NCBI GenBank assembly: GCA_965231055.1 | Contig: OZ246411.1 | Location: forward strand, 277,041 to 341,040 | Direction of reading: 5' to 3' | Source of the DNA: an uncultured Candidatus Saccharibacteria bacterium | GTDB lineage: Bacteria > Patescibacteriota > CALEFQ01 > G965231055 | DNA: 64,000 nucleotides | In this document: positions 7,915-18,017 of the stretch, one piece after another | Numbering within the stretch: the stretch's first letter is position 1 | Layout of the letters: each line of letters opens with the position of its first letter | Notes under the pieces: model-generated | Databases searched by the model: none | Told to the model about the DNA's origin: nothing | What the model saw: the letters and a program-made list of their open reading frames with translations, nothing else | Made by a program: the position numbers and the translations under genes

Positions 7915-10539
7915 TTATTTTTTGCGTTTGGTGTAATAGGGTTTATTTATTTTGAGAGATTTCTTTGGTTTTTCTTTTTTAGGACTTTCTTTTTTCTCTT
8001 TTTGGGGCGCAGGATTCTCAATCTTTTCTTTGGGTTTTGATTCCTTGCTTTCCTCTTCATCCCCTTTCTTTGGCGTCTCTTTACCTTCGGTTACTGTGAT
8101 AGTCGCAACTTTGTCTCCCTGTTCTAGTTTCATTATCCTTACTCCTTGAGTGGCACGTCCTAGTAGCGAGATATCAGCGACAGAGGTTCTGATTACCTGA
8201 CCCTTTGTTGACATCGCGATGATATCGCAATCAGTTATTTGTTCTTTGGACAAAAGATCCATAGAAACTAGCTTGCCTGTTTTGGTTGTGACATTTGCTG
8301 TTTTGATTCCGCTTCCTCCTCTTTTCTGTACTTTGTATTCCGAAAGCTCACTTCTTTTTCCGTATCCATTTTCTGTAATATTTAGAATCTCTCCTTGCTT
8401 TTGCATTGCTTCGTTTAGATCGTCCATACCTATTACCACATCATCTCCTTTGAGCTTGATGGCTCTTACTCCGGATGCAGTTCTTCCCATTGGTCTCACG
8501 TCTCCTTCTTTGAATCTGACGGATTGACCTTTGCTAGTCACGATCATTATTTGGCTGTTTCCACTGGTGCCTTTTACCCATCGTAGCTCGTCGCCTTGTT
8601 TGATCGTTATGGCTATGAGTCCTGATCTTCTGACATTGGCGAAATCTTCTACTTTGGTTTTCTTTGCTGTTCCCTTCTTGGTAACCATAAATAGGAATTT
8701 GGGCATCTCACCGCTCTTTAGAGAGATAACTCCTGTCACATGCTCTTCGGGTGCAAGCTGTAAGAAGTTTACTATCGCTTGGCCTTTGGCTTGTCTTGAG
8801 GACTCTGGTATTTCGTATGCCTTGGCATTGAAAACTCTTCCTTTATTGGTGAAGAAAAGAATTTCAGAATGAGATGTGGTGGCAAATAGGTGTTCCACTA
8901 TATCTTCTTCTTTTGTGGTCATGCCTATTACTCCTTTGCCTCCTCTACCTTGAGATTTGTAGGTATCTATGGGAAGTCTCTTTATATATCCACCCTTGGT
9001 GAGAGTAATAGCAACTTCCTCGTTTGGTACCAAATCCTCTTGGCTAAACTCACCCACGGGTCCTGAAAATACCTTGGTTCTTCTTTCGTCTCCGTATTTT
9101 TCAGCAATTCCTTTTAGTTCATCCGTGATTATTCCCATGATTCTAGCTTTGCTTTTCAAAATACTTTCAAGTTCTTTGATGAGCTTTCTTTTTTCTTCTA
9201 GCTCGTCTTCGATCTTCTTTCTTTCAAGTCCTGCAAGGGTTTGAAGTTTCATTTCCAAAATTGCAGTTGCCTGTATCGCTGTGAATTTAAATTTTTTCAT
9301 CAAGCTCTCGTGAGCTATTTCTTTGGTTTTGGAAGACTTGATTGTCTTTATGATAGCGTCTATGTGATCCAAAGCTTTTTTGAGTCCTTCCAAGATGTGT
9401 GCTCTTTCTTTTGCTTTCTTGAGTTCGTATTTAAGTCTCTTGGTAACGACATCAAGTCTGTGAGCTATAAAATATTCCAAAACTCCTTTGAGGTTTAGTA
9501 CCCTTGGTTGCAAACCATCCACGAGTGCCAGCATGTTTACGTGAAAAGAACTCTGAAGCTGTGTGTGGTTGTAAATTTGGTTTAGGATTTTCTTTGGATA
9601 GGTATCTCTTTTCAATTCCACTACGATTCTTACAGCCTCTTCTCTACCTGATTCATCTCTAAGATCTCTAATTCCCTCTAGTTTTTTATCCTTTACAAGT
9701 TCTGCAATTTTTTCTACCAAGGAAGCTTTATTTACCATGTATGGAAGAGAAGAAATTATAATTCTAAAACTTCCGTTCTTAGCTTCTTCTATGTTTGCTT
9801 CTCCTCTTATAACTATTCCTCCTTTTCCTGTGGCATATGTCTGGAGTATAGCTTTTTTATCAAAAATTTGTGCACCTGTTGGAAAGTCAGGGCCTTTTAC
9901 GAATTTCATCAAGTCTTCTATGGAAGCGTCAGGGTTTTCAATAATGTGGCAAGTGGCATCCACTATTTCTTGCAAATTGTGTGGAGGAATACTGGTCGCC
10001 ATACCTACGGCTATACCAGAAAGTCCATTTATAATTAGGTTTGGAAGTTTGGCTGGGAGTACTTTTGGTTCTTTGAGTGTGCCGTCGTAGTTTGGCATAA
10101 AATCTACGGTTTCTTTCTCAAGATCCGCTAGCATTTCTTCGGCGACAGATGTCATTCTTGCTTCTGTGTAACGCATGGCAGCAGCCTCGTCTCCATCCAT
10201 GGATCCAAAGTTTCCTTGTCCATCAACGAGGGGATATCTCAAGGAGAAATCTTGGGCCATACGAACCATTGTGTCGTATATCGCAGAGTCTCCGTGTGGA
10301 TGGTATTTTGCCATTACGTCTCCAACCAAACGTGCAGACTTTTTGTAGGGTCTGCTGTGGGTCATTCCTGTGTTGTGCATTGAATAGAGCACTCTTCTGT
10401 GTACTGGTTTGAGTCCATCGCGCACATCTGGCAAAGCTCTATCTACAATAACGCTCATGGAATAATCCAAGAACGAGTCTTGCATCTCTTCTGTTATTTC
10501 TCTGTTTTGAACTGCATTGATTTTTTTATCTTCTGACAT
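7915..10539 (-). CDS. gyrA: DNA gyrase subunit A with K/E-rich C-terminal tail
   Basis: [14 protein letters not shown], catalytic Tyr region and six-bladed C-terminal repeats. ~55-aa lysine-rich tail. Confidence 0.95.
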   Translation of the reverse strand: MSEDKKINAVQNREITEEMQDSFLDYSMSVIVDRALPDVRDGLKPVHRRVLYSMHNTGMTHSRPYKKSARLVGDVMAKYHPHGDSAIYDTMVRMAQDFSLRYPLVDGQGNFGSMDGDEAAAMRYTEARMTSVAEEMLADLEKETVDFMPNYDGTLKEPKVLPAKLPNLIINGLSGIAVGMATSIPPHNLQEIVDATCHIIENPDASIEDLMKFVKGPDFPTGAQIFDKKAILQTYATGKGGIVIRGEANIEEAKNGSFRIIISSLPYMVNKASLVEKIAELVKDKKLEGIRDLRDESGREEAVRIVVELKRDTYPKKILNQIYNHTQLQSSFHVNMLALVDGLQPRVLNLKGVLEYFIAHRLDVVTKRLKYELKKAKERAHILEGLKKALDHIDAIIKTIKSSKTKEIAHESLMKKFKFTAIQATAILEMKLQTLAGLERKKIEDELEEKRKLIKELESILKSKARIMGIITDELKGIAEKYGDERRTKVFSGPVGEFSQEDLVPNEEVAITLTKGGYIKRLPIDTYKSQGRGGKGVIGMTTKEEDIVEHLFATTSHSEILFFTNKGRVFNAKAYEIPESSRQAKGQAIVNFLQLAPEEHVTGVISLKSGEMPKFLFMVTKKGTAKKTKVEDFANVRRSGLIAITIKQGDELRWVKGTSGNSQIMIVTSKGQSVRFKEGDVRPMGRTASGVRAIKLKGDDVVIGMDDLNEAMQKQGEILNITENGYGKRSELSEYKVQKRGGSGIKTANVTTKTGKLVSMDLLSKEQITDCDIIAMSTKGQVIRTSVADISLLGRATQGVRIMKLEQGDKVATITVTEGKETPKKGDEEESKESKPKEKIENPAPQKEKKESPKKEKPKKSLKINKPYYTKRKK

Positions 10540-10579
10540 AAAATTATCACAGCGGTTTTATTTCGCTGTTTTGAAATTA

Positions 10580-11254
10580 TTATTTAGGCAAATCTAATTT
10601 GAAACTGAATAAAAAGTTTTCTTTTTGATCTTCTTTTGATGGAACATCTGGAAACTCTAGTTCTATTTCTCCTGATTCAATCAATATTGGAAAAACTATT
10701 TCAAATCCTTTTAACTCTCCTATGGAAATTGTTTCTGTTGATATTTCTTGGTTCATTTCTGCTTGATATTCTTTGTCTTCAAATTTCATTCTTACGATAA
10801 TTGGTTTGTAGTCCACTGGATTTTCTCCCGCATTTATGATTTCTAGCAAAAAAGCAGTTTTTCCGTCTTTGTTGTATGCGCTGTTTACTCCTATCGCTAT
10901 ATTATCTTTTATGACTGATTGCTTGATCTCTTGTTTGGTTCTATCTGCAATTTTTTCTTCTGTGTTTGCTGTTAGGGTCTGTATGGGTTTATCTTCTACT
11001 TGCAAAAAGTTTCTGTTTTTTTCTTGTTCTAAGCTACTATCATCCGGTGATTTAAACGAATCAATGCTTGCCACGTCTTTGAATTCTTGAAGCGAGGCTG
11101 ATAATTCTGCTGTATCTAATTTTTCTATATTTTTCGGAAGATCTACGAAAGCCCAGATTATAGCAAGGATAGCGAGTATGGAAATAGAAAATACAAAGAC
11201 CAATCTAGTCTTTTTGTGCGTTGCAGTTCTTTGGATTCTTTTTATGAATTCCAT
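10580..11254 (-). CDS. Hypothetical membrane-anchored protein
   Basis: Single N-terminal TM helix (LVFVFSISILAILAIIWAFV) then a soluble domain. No motifs recognised. Confidence 0.45.
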   Translation of the reverse strand: MEFIKRIQRTATHKKTRLVFVFSISILAILAIIWAFVDLPKNIEKLDTAELSASLQEFKDVASIDSFKSPDDSSLEQEKNRNFLQVEDKPIQTLTANTEEKIADRTKQEIKQSVIKDNIAIGVNSAYNKDGKTAFLLEIINAGENPVDYKPIIVRMKFEDKEYQAEMNQEISTETISIGELKGFEIVFPILIESGEIELEFPDVPSKEDQKENFLFSFKLDLPK

Positions 11255-11261
11255 TTGCGGT

Positions 11262-11909
11262 TTATTCTGGTTTAAGTATGACTACTTTTATATCTTCTTC
11301 CGAGATATCTTTTTTCTTTATTGTGAATTTGCAATCCTCAGCGTCTGGTTTTGTTCCCATTTCTTTTGCAAAAGATTCTACTCCATCCATCTTCATTTTT
11401 AGTCCTGGAACTTTGAAATGCATCGGAATTACGATAGATGGCTCTATTTCATTTACTATGGTTGATGCGGTTTTTCCATCTATTGTGGAATTGCCACCTA
11501 CTGGTATGAGTAGTATGTCTATTTTTTCTAGCTGTCTCACCTGGGTTTCTGTAAGCTCTTTTTGTCCTAGATCCCCCATGTGAGCTATTCTTACCCCCTC
11601 TATCTCGATAATATAAATAATATTTGAACCAAACTCCTTGCCTTGTTTGTTGTCATGAAAGCTGTGAATTCCCTTGATCATCGTGCCACTTACATCATAT
11701 TCACCAGGTGTTTCCACAACTAGTCTATGATCCTTTACCAAATCAATATTGTTGTGATCGTCGTGCTGTTTGTGAGTAATTAAAACAACATCGGCTTTTG
11801 GTCTAATATTTTTAAGTCCAGTAGCTTTTGGATCAAATGGATCTATTACGAGGCTGACCTCTTTTCCTATGATTTTGAAGCAACTTTGTCCGTGCCAGAT
11901 GAGTGTCAT
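11262..11909 (-). CDS. Metallo-beta-lactamase-fold metal-dependent hydrolase (UPF0173-like)
   Basis: MTLIWHGQSCFKI...VLITHKQHDDHNN...PVGG, an MBL-fold pattern. Confidence 0.7.
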   Translation of the reverse strand: MTLIWHGQSCFKIIGKEVSLVIDPFDPKATGLKNIRPKADVVLITHKQHDDHNNIDLVKDHRLVVETPGEYDVSGTMIKGIHSFHDNKQGKEFGSNIIYIIEIEGVRIAHMGDLGQKELTETQVRQLEKIDILLIPVGGNSTIDGKTASTIVNEIEPSIVIPMHFKVPGLKMKMDGVESFAKEMGTKPDAEDCKFTIKKKDISEEDIKVVILKPE

Positions 11910-12192
11910 TTGTTTATTTTTAGTTAAAAAGTGACGCTATTTACTCGTCCAATTTAGCACAAAAAGAGTGCGTAGTCAAAGGCTATCTAGGGTCGAACAT
12001 CGTTTTATTCTGACGAATTTGTAGCATAGGAAATAATAATTTGATTTCTATTCTTCATAATGCGTTGTGCCTTTTTTTATTTCTTGAAAATCAAATAAAA
12101 TAATTAATAAGCTTGACATTTAGCGAATATTGTTGTTGTGTAAGAGTAAATCCAGCAAATCGCTGGCTGTTCTATAACAAAGGAGGTGCGTC

Positions 12193-12558
12193 TTGAACAA
12201 GATGGTAATGTTTTTTCTGTGTGTTTTGCTTGTGCCATCGGTTTTTGCTACCACGCAAAGAATTGATGGTGTCAAAGTGGAAGAGGTTCCCTTTCTGGTG
12301 AGCTTCGACTGGGATTTCGAGGACTTTGATGCTGCGGAGCCAACCGATCTCTTCTGCTACGAAGTTGGCTGGTGTTATAAGATTCCCGTGTTCGGTAAAC
12401 CCAACAACTTCGTTCTGGCAAACGGGTGGAGTGACGGAAGCGGAGCAGTAACATGGACGCTATACCTCATCCAAGAAGAAAGCTTTTCTGAATTTGGCTA
12501 TTGGAATCAAGTGCCGATGGCTTTCTACTTGGATTATGAGGGTACGTGCGATTCCTGA
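12193..12558 (+). CDS. Small secreted hypothetical protein (higher GC)
   Basis: AAGGAGGTG RBS. TTG (12193) or ATG (12202) start. Signal peptide MFFLCVLLVPSVFATTQ. Confidence 0.45.
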   Translation: MNKMVMFFLCVLLVPSVFATTQRIDGVKVEEVPFLVSFDWDFEDFDAAEPTDLFCYEVGWCYKIPVFGKPNNFVLANGWSDGSGAVTWTLYLIQEESFSEFGYWNQVPMAFYLDYEGTCDS

Positions 12559-12880
12559 CTGAATCCGATTTTTGCGACCCTTCCGGTGGAAGGCGGGATG
12601 TTTTTGACTGGTGCACTTTTCGTTTGCGCCTCCAAAACCGTTGTTGTATTCGGTGACACTGATCCCCCATTGCCGCACATTGACAGATTGTGGTGGGACG
12701 CCTCTGCCACAGAACTTGTTTGTACCCTCAAGGGATTCGTTTGGTAATCCCGAACAAGTTACGTTCATGAAAGCCGGTTGCTTGCAACTGGCTTTTTTAT
12801 TCTCCGTATTTAGCCTTGCCAAAAAAAGACTGATGTTGTAGAGTAGCCTTACTTATTTATTTAATCTTATCCATTAAACA

Positions 12881-14092
12881 ATGTCAGACAAAAAAGCAGA
12901 CAAATCTGCAGATCAAATGACGCCTACTACAATGGGCGATCTTTTAAATGACAATAATATTCCTCCAAAGGTTGGCGATATCGTAGAGGGAGTTATTATG
13001 TCTAGCGGTAAAAATGAAGTTTATATAGACTTGGGTCCCTTGGGAGTGGGAATAGTAAGAGGAAGAGAAATTTTTGATGTTATGGATTCTCAGGGTGAAA
13101 TGAAAGCAGGGGCAAAAGTTCCTGTGACTATCATTGATTTTGAAAACGAAATCGGTTATGTGGAGCTTTCACTCAAACAAGCTGGTCAAGAAAAAGCTTG
13201 GGAAGAGCTCAAAGGTAAATACAAGAACAACGAAGTGTTTTCTATAAAGGTAGCTGACGCAAATAAAGGAGGACTCATCGTATTTATGTACGGTATCCCC
13301 GCTTTCATGCCAGTATCTCAGCTCACTACTGAACATTATCCACGAGTTGATGGTGGAGACAAGAATGAAATTTTGAAAGTTTTGAAGAGCTTTGTGAGAA
13401 AAGAACTCAAAGTAAAGATTATAGATCTCAGTCAAGATGAGGAAAAAATAATCCTTTCAGAAAAAGCAGCAGTAGCTGAAGAAAAAAGAGGCGAAATTTC
13501 AACTCTCAAAGTTGGTGATATGGTTGAAGGCAAAGTTAGCGGAATTGTGGACTTTGGAGTATTTGTGAAATTTGGTGACGGTATAGAAGGACTAGTTCAT
13601 ATTTCAGAACTCGCTTGGCAGAAAGTGGAAAGCCCAGAAGATATTGTAAAAATCGGAGATGATGTAAAAGCCAAGATAATCGGAGTAGATGGAACTAGGA
13701 TTTCTCTCTCTATAAAACAGCTCAAAGATGATCCATGGGCGAAAGATGTGAAGAAATATGAAGTGGGTCAAGTGATAGAAGGAAAGATTACAAAAATCAA
13801 TCCTTTCGGAGCATTTGTTCAGCTTGATAACAAAATTCACGGACTTGCTCATGTTTCTGAGCTTGGTGATATGCTCAAAGCAGAATCAAAGAATCCTCTC
13901 AAGGAAGGTGATACAATGAAATTCAAGATTCTTTCCATAGAACCACAAGATCACAGACTAGGGCTCGCTCTAGCAAAAGATGGTGATGTTAAAGGTAAAA
14001 AGGAAGAGACAAAAAAACCAAAAGAGGATAAAGAAGAGAAGAAGGCTGATGTAAAAGAGAAGCCAAAGAAAGAAGAAACTGAAAAGAAATAA
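12881..14092 (+). CDS. rpsA: 30S ribosomal protein S1 (multiple S1 domains) with K/E-rich tail
   Basis: Repeated S1 motifs (VGDIVEGVI..., VGDMVEGKVSGIVDFGVFV..., VGQVIEGKITKINPFGAFV...). Confidence 0.85.
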   Translation: MSDKKADKSADQMTPTTMGDLLNDNNIPPKVGDIVEGVIMSSGKNEVYIDLGPLGVGIVRGREIFDVMDSQGEMKAGAKVPVTIIDFENEIGYVELSLKQAGQEKAWEELKGKYKNNEVFSIKVADANKGGLIVFMYGIPAFMPVSQLTTEHYPRVDGGDKNEILKVLKSFVRKELKVKIIDLSQDEEKIILSEKAAVAEEKRGEISTLKVGDMVEGKVSGIVDFGVFVKFGDGIEGLVHISELAWQKVESPEDIVKIGDDVKAKIIGVDGTRISLSIKQLKDDPWAKDVKKYEVGQVIEGKITKINPFGAFVQLDNKIHGLAHVSELGDMLKAESKNPLKEGDTMKFKILSIEPQDHRLGLALAKDGDVKGKKEETKKPKEDKEEKKADVKEKPKKEETEKK

Positions 14093-14113
14093 TAAAATCA
14101 ATTTATATTCTAA

Positions 14114-14139
14114 AGAGCGCCTACCGGCGCTCTTTTTTT
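14114..14139 (+). terminator. Rho-independent terminator of rpsA
   Basis: AGAGCGCC-taccg-GGCGCTCT followed by TTTTTTT. Confidence 0.8.
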
Positions 14140-14165
14140 GTTTAGGGCACTTGATTGTTCTAGTG

Positions 14166-14194
14166 TTGACATTTTTGGTTTTATGTTTTATACT
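14166..14194 (+). promoter_or_regulatory. Sigma70-like promoter (TTGACA-17-TATACT) for a small ORF
   Basis: TTGACA at 14166-14171, 17-nt spacer, TATACT at 14189-14194. Confidence 0.5.
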
Positions 14195-14227
14195 ATTAAC
14201 AAATAATCACCGCAGAAGGAGGTGTCT

Positions 14228-14368
14228 ATGCGTTCTTTCGGGAGAAGGATCAGGAGTATGAAGGGGCGAGTAAATAAAGAGTTGGAAAAAATTCCTTTTC
14301 ACACAATCACGATAGCATTACTTGCGTGTATGTCCCTATATGTAGCAGTGAACAAGATTTTCAATTAA
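14228..14368 (+). CDS. Small membrane peptide (46 aa) in a standalone promoter-RBS-ORF-terminator unit
   Basis: AGGAGGTG RBS. MRSFGRRIRSMKGRVNKELEKIPFHTITIALLACMSLYVAVNKIFN. Terminator hairpin 14379-14412. Confidence 0.35.
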   Translation: MRSFGRRIRSMKGRVNKELEKIPFHTITIALLACMSLYVAVNKIFN

Positions 14369-14511
14369 CATCGCTCTCTGGTTAGCTTTCTCATAAAGCT
14401 AACCTTTTTTATTTGATTTTATTCTGATAATAGTGTTAATTGGTAAGTAGTGTTTATAGAAAAAATTATTGGGATAAGAATAATTGTTTGGAGTTTGTGT
14501 AAATTACAGAA

Positions 14512-15870
14512 ATGATCTCAAAAAGCATAAAGACAATTGAAGAGCACCAGATGATACGAAATGGCGACAAAGTTATTTTGGGTGTTTCTGGTGGACCTGA
14601 TTCTATGGCGATGCTTAATCTTTTTTTGGAACTTCATAATCTTTATAGAATAAAAATTATTGTAGCTCATCAAATTTGCTATTTTTCTGAGAAACATAAA
14701 AATCTTGATAAAAGCTATGCCAAGATGGTGGAAAAATTTTGTCTTGCCAAGGGTTTGACTTTTAAATCTTCAATTGTTGATTTAATAAAAGAAAACAATA
14801 AAGAATCTAGGGCGAGAGATGAGAGATACAAGTTTTTTGAAAAACTTTTAAGAGAAGAAAAAGCCAATAAAATTGCGCTCGCTCATAATTTGGATGACAA
14901 TAGAGAAACGGTGTTCATGAATCTAATAAGAGGTACGGGTATTTTGGGTTTGGCAGGGATTCCTTATAAAAGAGGATTTTACATAAGACCCTGCCTAGAT
15001 ATTTCGAAAAAGGAGCTACTTCAATATTGCGAAAATAAAAAGATTCCATTTATCACCGACTACGCCAATTCTTTTGCTGAACCACTTAGAAACAAAATCA
15101 GAAACAAGGCGATGCCATTTCTAAAGAAAGAAGTATCTTCTGATTTTGGAATTTCTTTTGACAATCTTTCAAGACTCATGAAGGATGCTTCTTTGTATCT
15201 GGAAAACGAGTCAGCTAAAAAAGAAAAAGAGATAAAAATAGCTCAGGATAATTACAGTTTGAAAAAATGGACAAAGCTAGAGAGCTTTATGCGGTTAGAG
15301 GTTTTACGCAGAATTATAAATGAAAAAGCCACTCTCAAAGATGTCGGTTATAAGCACCTCAAAGAGCTTGAATCTTTGCTTTTATACTCCCCCACTGGTT
15401 CTTCCAAGGAGATCTGCAATGATTTGATTTTGAGTAAATCTTATAACTCGTTCAAGATAGACAAAGCTATTACAAAAAATGTTTTGTGTGAAACGAAGAA
15501 GCTGAAGACTGGAAAGAATAGTTTCAATGATTCTTTTTTGATTGTATCCAAAACCAAAAACACAAAAAGATTGAGTAAGGATAGCAATGTCTTGATGGCG
15601 GATTTTGATAAAATCGTTTTTCCTCTCAGTATTAGAATTCCTCAAAATGGAGACAAGTTTATGCCACTTGGAATGAAAAATCTAAAAAAGTTGCAAGATT
15701 TCTTCATTGATATTAAAATACACAGAGATGAAAGAAAAAGTATTTCACTTATTGTTGATGCTAGTGAAAATATCGTATGGATTTGTGGAATTAGGATGGA
15801 TGAAAGGTATAAAATCACCAAGAAAACTAGATCAATATTGAGAATTGAATTTGGTCCCATAAAAAGCTAA
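14512..15870 (+). CDS. tilS: tRNA(Ile)-lysidine synthetase
   Basis: PP-loop VILGVSGGPDSMAML and the TilS C-terminal domain. Confidence 0.85.
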   Translation: MISKSIKTIEEHQMIRNGDKVILGVSGGPDSMAMLNLFLELHNLYRIKIIVAHQICYFSEKHKNLDKSYAKMVEKFCLAKGLTFKSSIVDLIKENNKESRARDERYKFFEKLLREEKANKIALAHNLDDNRETVFMNLIRGTGILGLAGIPYKRGFYIRPCLDISKKELLQYCENKKIPFITDYANSFAEPLRNKIRNKAMPFLKKEVSSDFGISFDNLSRLMKDASLYLENESAKKEKEIKIAQDNYSLKKWTKLESFMRLEVLRRIINEKATLKDVGYKHLKELESLLLYSPTGSSKEICNDLILSKSYNSFKIDKAITKNVLCETKKLKTGKNSFNDSFLIVSKTKNTKRLSKDSNVLMADFDKIVFPLSIRIPQNGDKFMPLGMKNLKKLQDFFIDIKIHRDERKSISLIVDASENIVWICGIRMDERYKITKKTRSILRIEFGPIKS

Positions 15871-15947
15871 ATCACTACCATCCTGTCTGCTGTCAGCACG
15901 ACCCTCCTCGTGTTTGTCTATGCAGACAGGATAGTGGTGATTTTTTT
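15871..15947 (+). terminator. Large hairpin (20-bp perfect inverted repeat, 31-nt loop) plus T7 run
   Basis: ATCACTACCATCCTGTCTGC ... GCAGACAGGATAGTGGTGAT then TTTTTTT. Starts immediately after the tilS stop codon. Confidence 0.6.
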
Positions 15948-16018
15948 AATAAAACATGCTAGGATAAACAAACCGAATATGCTAAAATATCATATTATAT
16001 AATCAATTAAATACCCCT

Positions 16019-17854
16019 ATGGCTTCAAATAAAAAGTTCAAACAATCTTTATGGAAAAATATTTCTGCTGCAGTTCTTGTTTTTGTGGCAGTTTTGATTC
16101 TATTTTCTTTTATAGAGGGTGATTCGCTCCAGAAAAAGACCAAAATATCTTTATCTGATCTCGTTGGTGAGATAAATGAAGGTAGAGTCGAGTCTATCGT
16201 TATAGAAGACAGCGGACTTGATATATTGCTCAAGGATGGTGAGAAACAGGAATCTTACAAAGAATCCAGTGTTTCTTTGATAGAAACTCTTGATAGCTAC
16301 AAGGTAGACAAAGAAAAGCTCCAAAATGTAAAATTAGAAATAAAAGACACTACTGGATTGAATTTTTGGGTGGGAACCATACTTCCATTTTTAGTTCCAT
16401 TAGTTATTATAGTTGGATTTATCTGGTTTATGATGCGCTCAGTTCAGGGTTCTAGCAGTAAAGCTTTTTCCTTTGGCCAGTCTCAAGCTAGAAAAATAGA
16501 AGCCAATGGCAGAAAAAGAGTTACTTTCAAGGATGTCGCAGGTTGCAAAGAAGCTAAAGAAGAGCTTTTTGAAGTAGTTGAATTTCTTAAAGAACCTACT
16601 AAGTTTTTGAGACTAGGGGCCAAAATACCAAAAGGAGTACTTCTTATGGGAGCTCCTGGTACTGGAAAAACACTGCTAGCTCGAGCCGTAGCGGGGCAAG
16701 CCAATGTTCCCTTTTTCCATATTTCTGGTTCTGAATTTGTAGAGATGTTTGTGGGAGTTGGAGCAAGTAGAGTGAGAGATCTTTTCAAGAAAGCCAAAAA
16801 AGAAGCTCCAGCTATAGTATTTATTGACGAGATTGATGCCGTGGGAAGACAAAGAGGAACTGGGCTTGGTGGATCTCATGATGAACGAGAGCAAACTCTA
16901 AACCAAATACTCGTAGAGATGGATGGTTTTGATACGAATACAAATGTAATAGTAATAGCCGCTACCAATAGACCTGATGTACTAGACTCTGCCCTACTTC
17001 GTCCAGGTAGATTTGATCGTAGAGTGGTTATCGAAAACCCAGACATAAAAGATAGAATAGAAATTTTGAAAGTTCACAGTCGAGGCAAGCCACTTGCAAG
17101 TGATGTTGATCTAGAGGTTTTGGCTCAGCGTACTCCTGGATTTTCAGGAGCCGATCTTGAAAACTTGCTAAATGAAGCTGCGATACTTTCAGCTAGAAGA
17201 GCAAGAAAAACTGTGGGTATGGCTGAAGCAACTGAAGCGATAGAAAAAGTTGTATTGGGACCAGAAAGAAAGAGTCGTGTGATTTCCCCAGAAGACAAAA
17301 AACTTACCGCATATCATGAGGCAGGTCACGCTGTAGTGGCGCATGTTTTAGTACACGCGGACCCTGTACAGAAAGTTTCTATAGTTTCTAGAGGTATGGC
17401 CGGTGGATATACGATGCACCTTCCAGAAAAAGAAAAAAGATACAAAACCAAGAACGAGTTTATTGACAACCTTTCAGTTTATCTGGCAGGATATGCGGTG
17501 GAGAAAAAATTCTTGGGAGACATCTCGACTGGAGCTAGTTCAGATCTCCAAGAAGCCACTGATCTTGCAAGAAAATTGGTTGTTAAATTTGGAATGAGTG
17601 ATAAAATAGGCCCTGTTGCCTATGGAACTGGAGATGAATATGTATTTTTGGGCAAAGAAATCGCAGAAAGAAAGGATTATAGCGAAGCTACTCAGCGAGA
17701 CATAGATCAAGAGATCAAAAACTTCATAGATACAGCATATAAGAGAACCAAGGAAGTTGTTGTAGAGCAAGAAGAGCGAATAAGAAAAGTTGCAGATGCT
17801 TTGATGGAAAGAGAAACTTTGGAGAAGGCTGAATTTTTGAAGATAGTTAAGTAG
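16019..17854 (+). CDS. ftsH: ATP-dependent zinc metalloprotease FtsH
   Basis: Two TM helices, Walker [17 protein letters not shown], and HEAGHA zinc motif. Confidence 0.95.
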   Translation: MASNKKFKQSLWKNISAAVLVFVAVLILFSFIEGDSLQKKTKISLSDLVGEINEGRVESIVIEDSGLDILLKDGEKQESYKESSVSLIETLDSYKVDKEKLQNVKLEIKDTTGLNFWVGTILPFLVPLVIIVGFIWFMMRSVQGSSSKAFSFGQSQARKIEANGRKRVTFKDVAGCKEAKEELFEVVEFLKEPTKFLRLGAKIPKGVLLMGAPGTGKTLLARAVAGQANVPFFHISGSEFVEMFVGVGASRVRDLFKKAKKEAPAIVFIDEIDAVGRQRGTGLGGSHDEREQTLNQILVEMDGFDTNTNVIVIAATNRPDVLDSALLRPGRFDRRVVIENPDIKDRIEILKVHSRGKPLASDVDLEVLAQRTPGFSGADLENLLNEAAILSARRARKTVGMAEATEAIEKVVLGPERKSRVISPEDKKLTAYHEAGHAVVAHVLVHADPVQKVSIVSRGMAGGYTMHLPEKEKRYKTKNEFIDNLSVYLAGYAVEKKFLGDISTGASSDLQEATDLARKLVVKFGMSDKIGPVAYGTGDEYVFLGKEIAERKDYSEATQRDIDQEIKNFIDTAYKRTKEVVVEQEERIRKVADALMERETLEKAEFLKIVK

Positions 17855-17928
17855 TGTTAGAGGCTAAGCCCTAGTAGATAGATTATGTATATAATATTTG
17901 TACATTTTTACTGTTGGGGCTAAATTGG

Positions 17929-18004
17929 GGGCCCGTAGCTCAGGGGTTAGAGCGGACGGCTCATAACCGTTAGGTCATAGGTTCGATTCCTATCGGGCCC
18001 ACCA
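17929..18004 (+). tRNA. tRNA with CAU anticodon (elongator Met or Ile2-lysidine), CCA encoded
   Basis: Cloverleaf. Acceptor GGGCCCG/CGGGCCC, anticodon loop CTCATAA, T-loop GGTTCGATTCC. G1-C72 pair rules out an initiator. Confidence 0.85.
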
Positions 18005-18017
18005 TTTTTTCACTACG

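Noticed and set aside
7952-10412. Multiple plus-strand ORFs (7952, 8219, 8531, 8969, 9241, 9737, 10149) inside gyrA.
   Set aside because: All are antisense shadows of the gyrA reading frame with no RBS or motifs.
12460-12841. Overlapping minus- and plus-strand ORFs (12460-12822, 12467-12670, 12534-12731, 12611-12841) in the GC-rich stretch.
   Set aside because: They are mutually overlapping, have no RBS, and the open frames follow from GC-richness. The region is interpreted as non-coding (candidate ncRNA or 3'UTR) instead.
17929-18004. Considered whether the CAU tRNA is the initiator tRNA-fMet.
   Set aside because: It has a G1-C72 Watson-Crick pair and lacks three consecutive G-C pairs in the anticodon stem, so it is elongator Met or Ile2.
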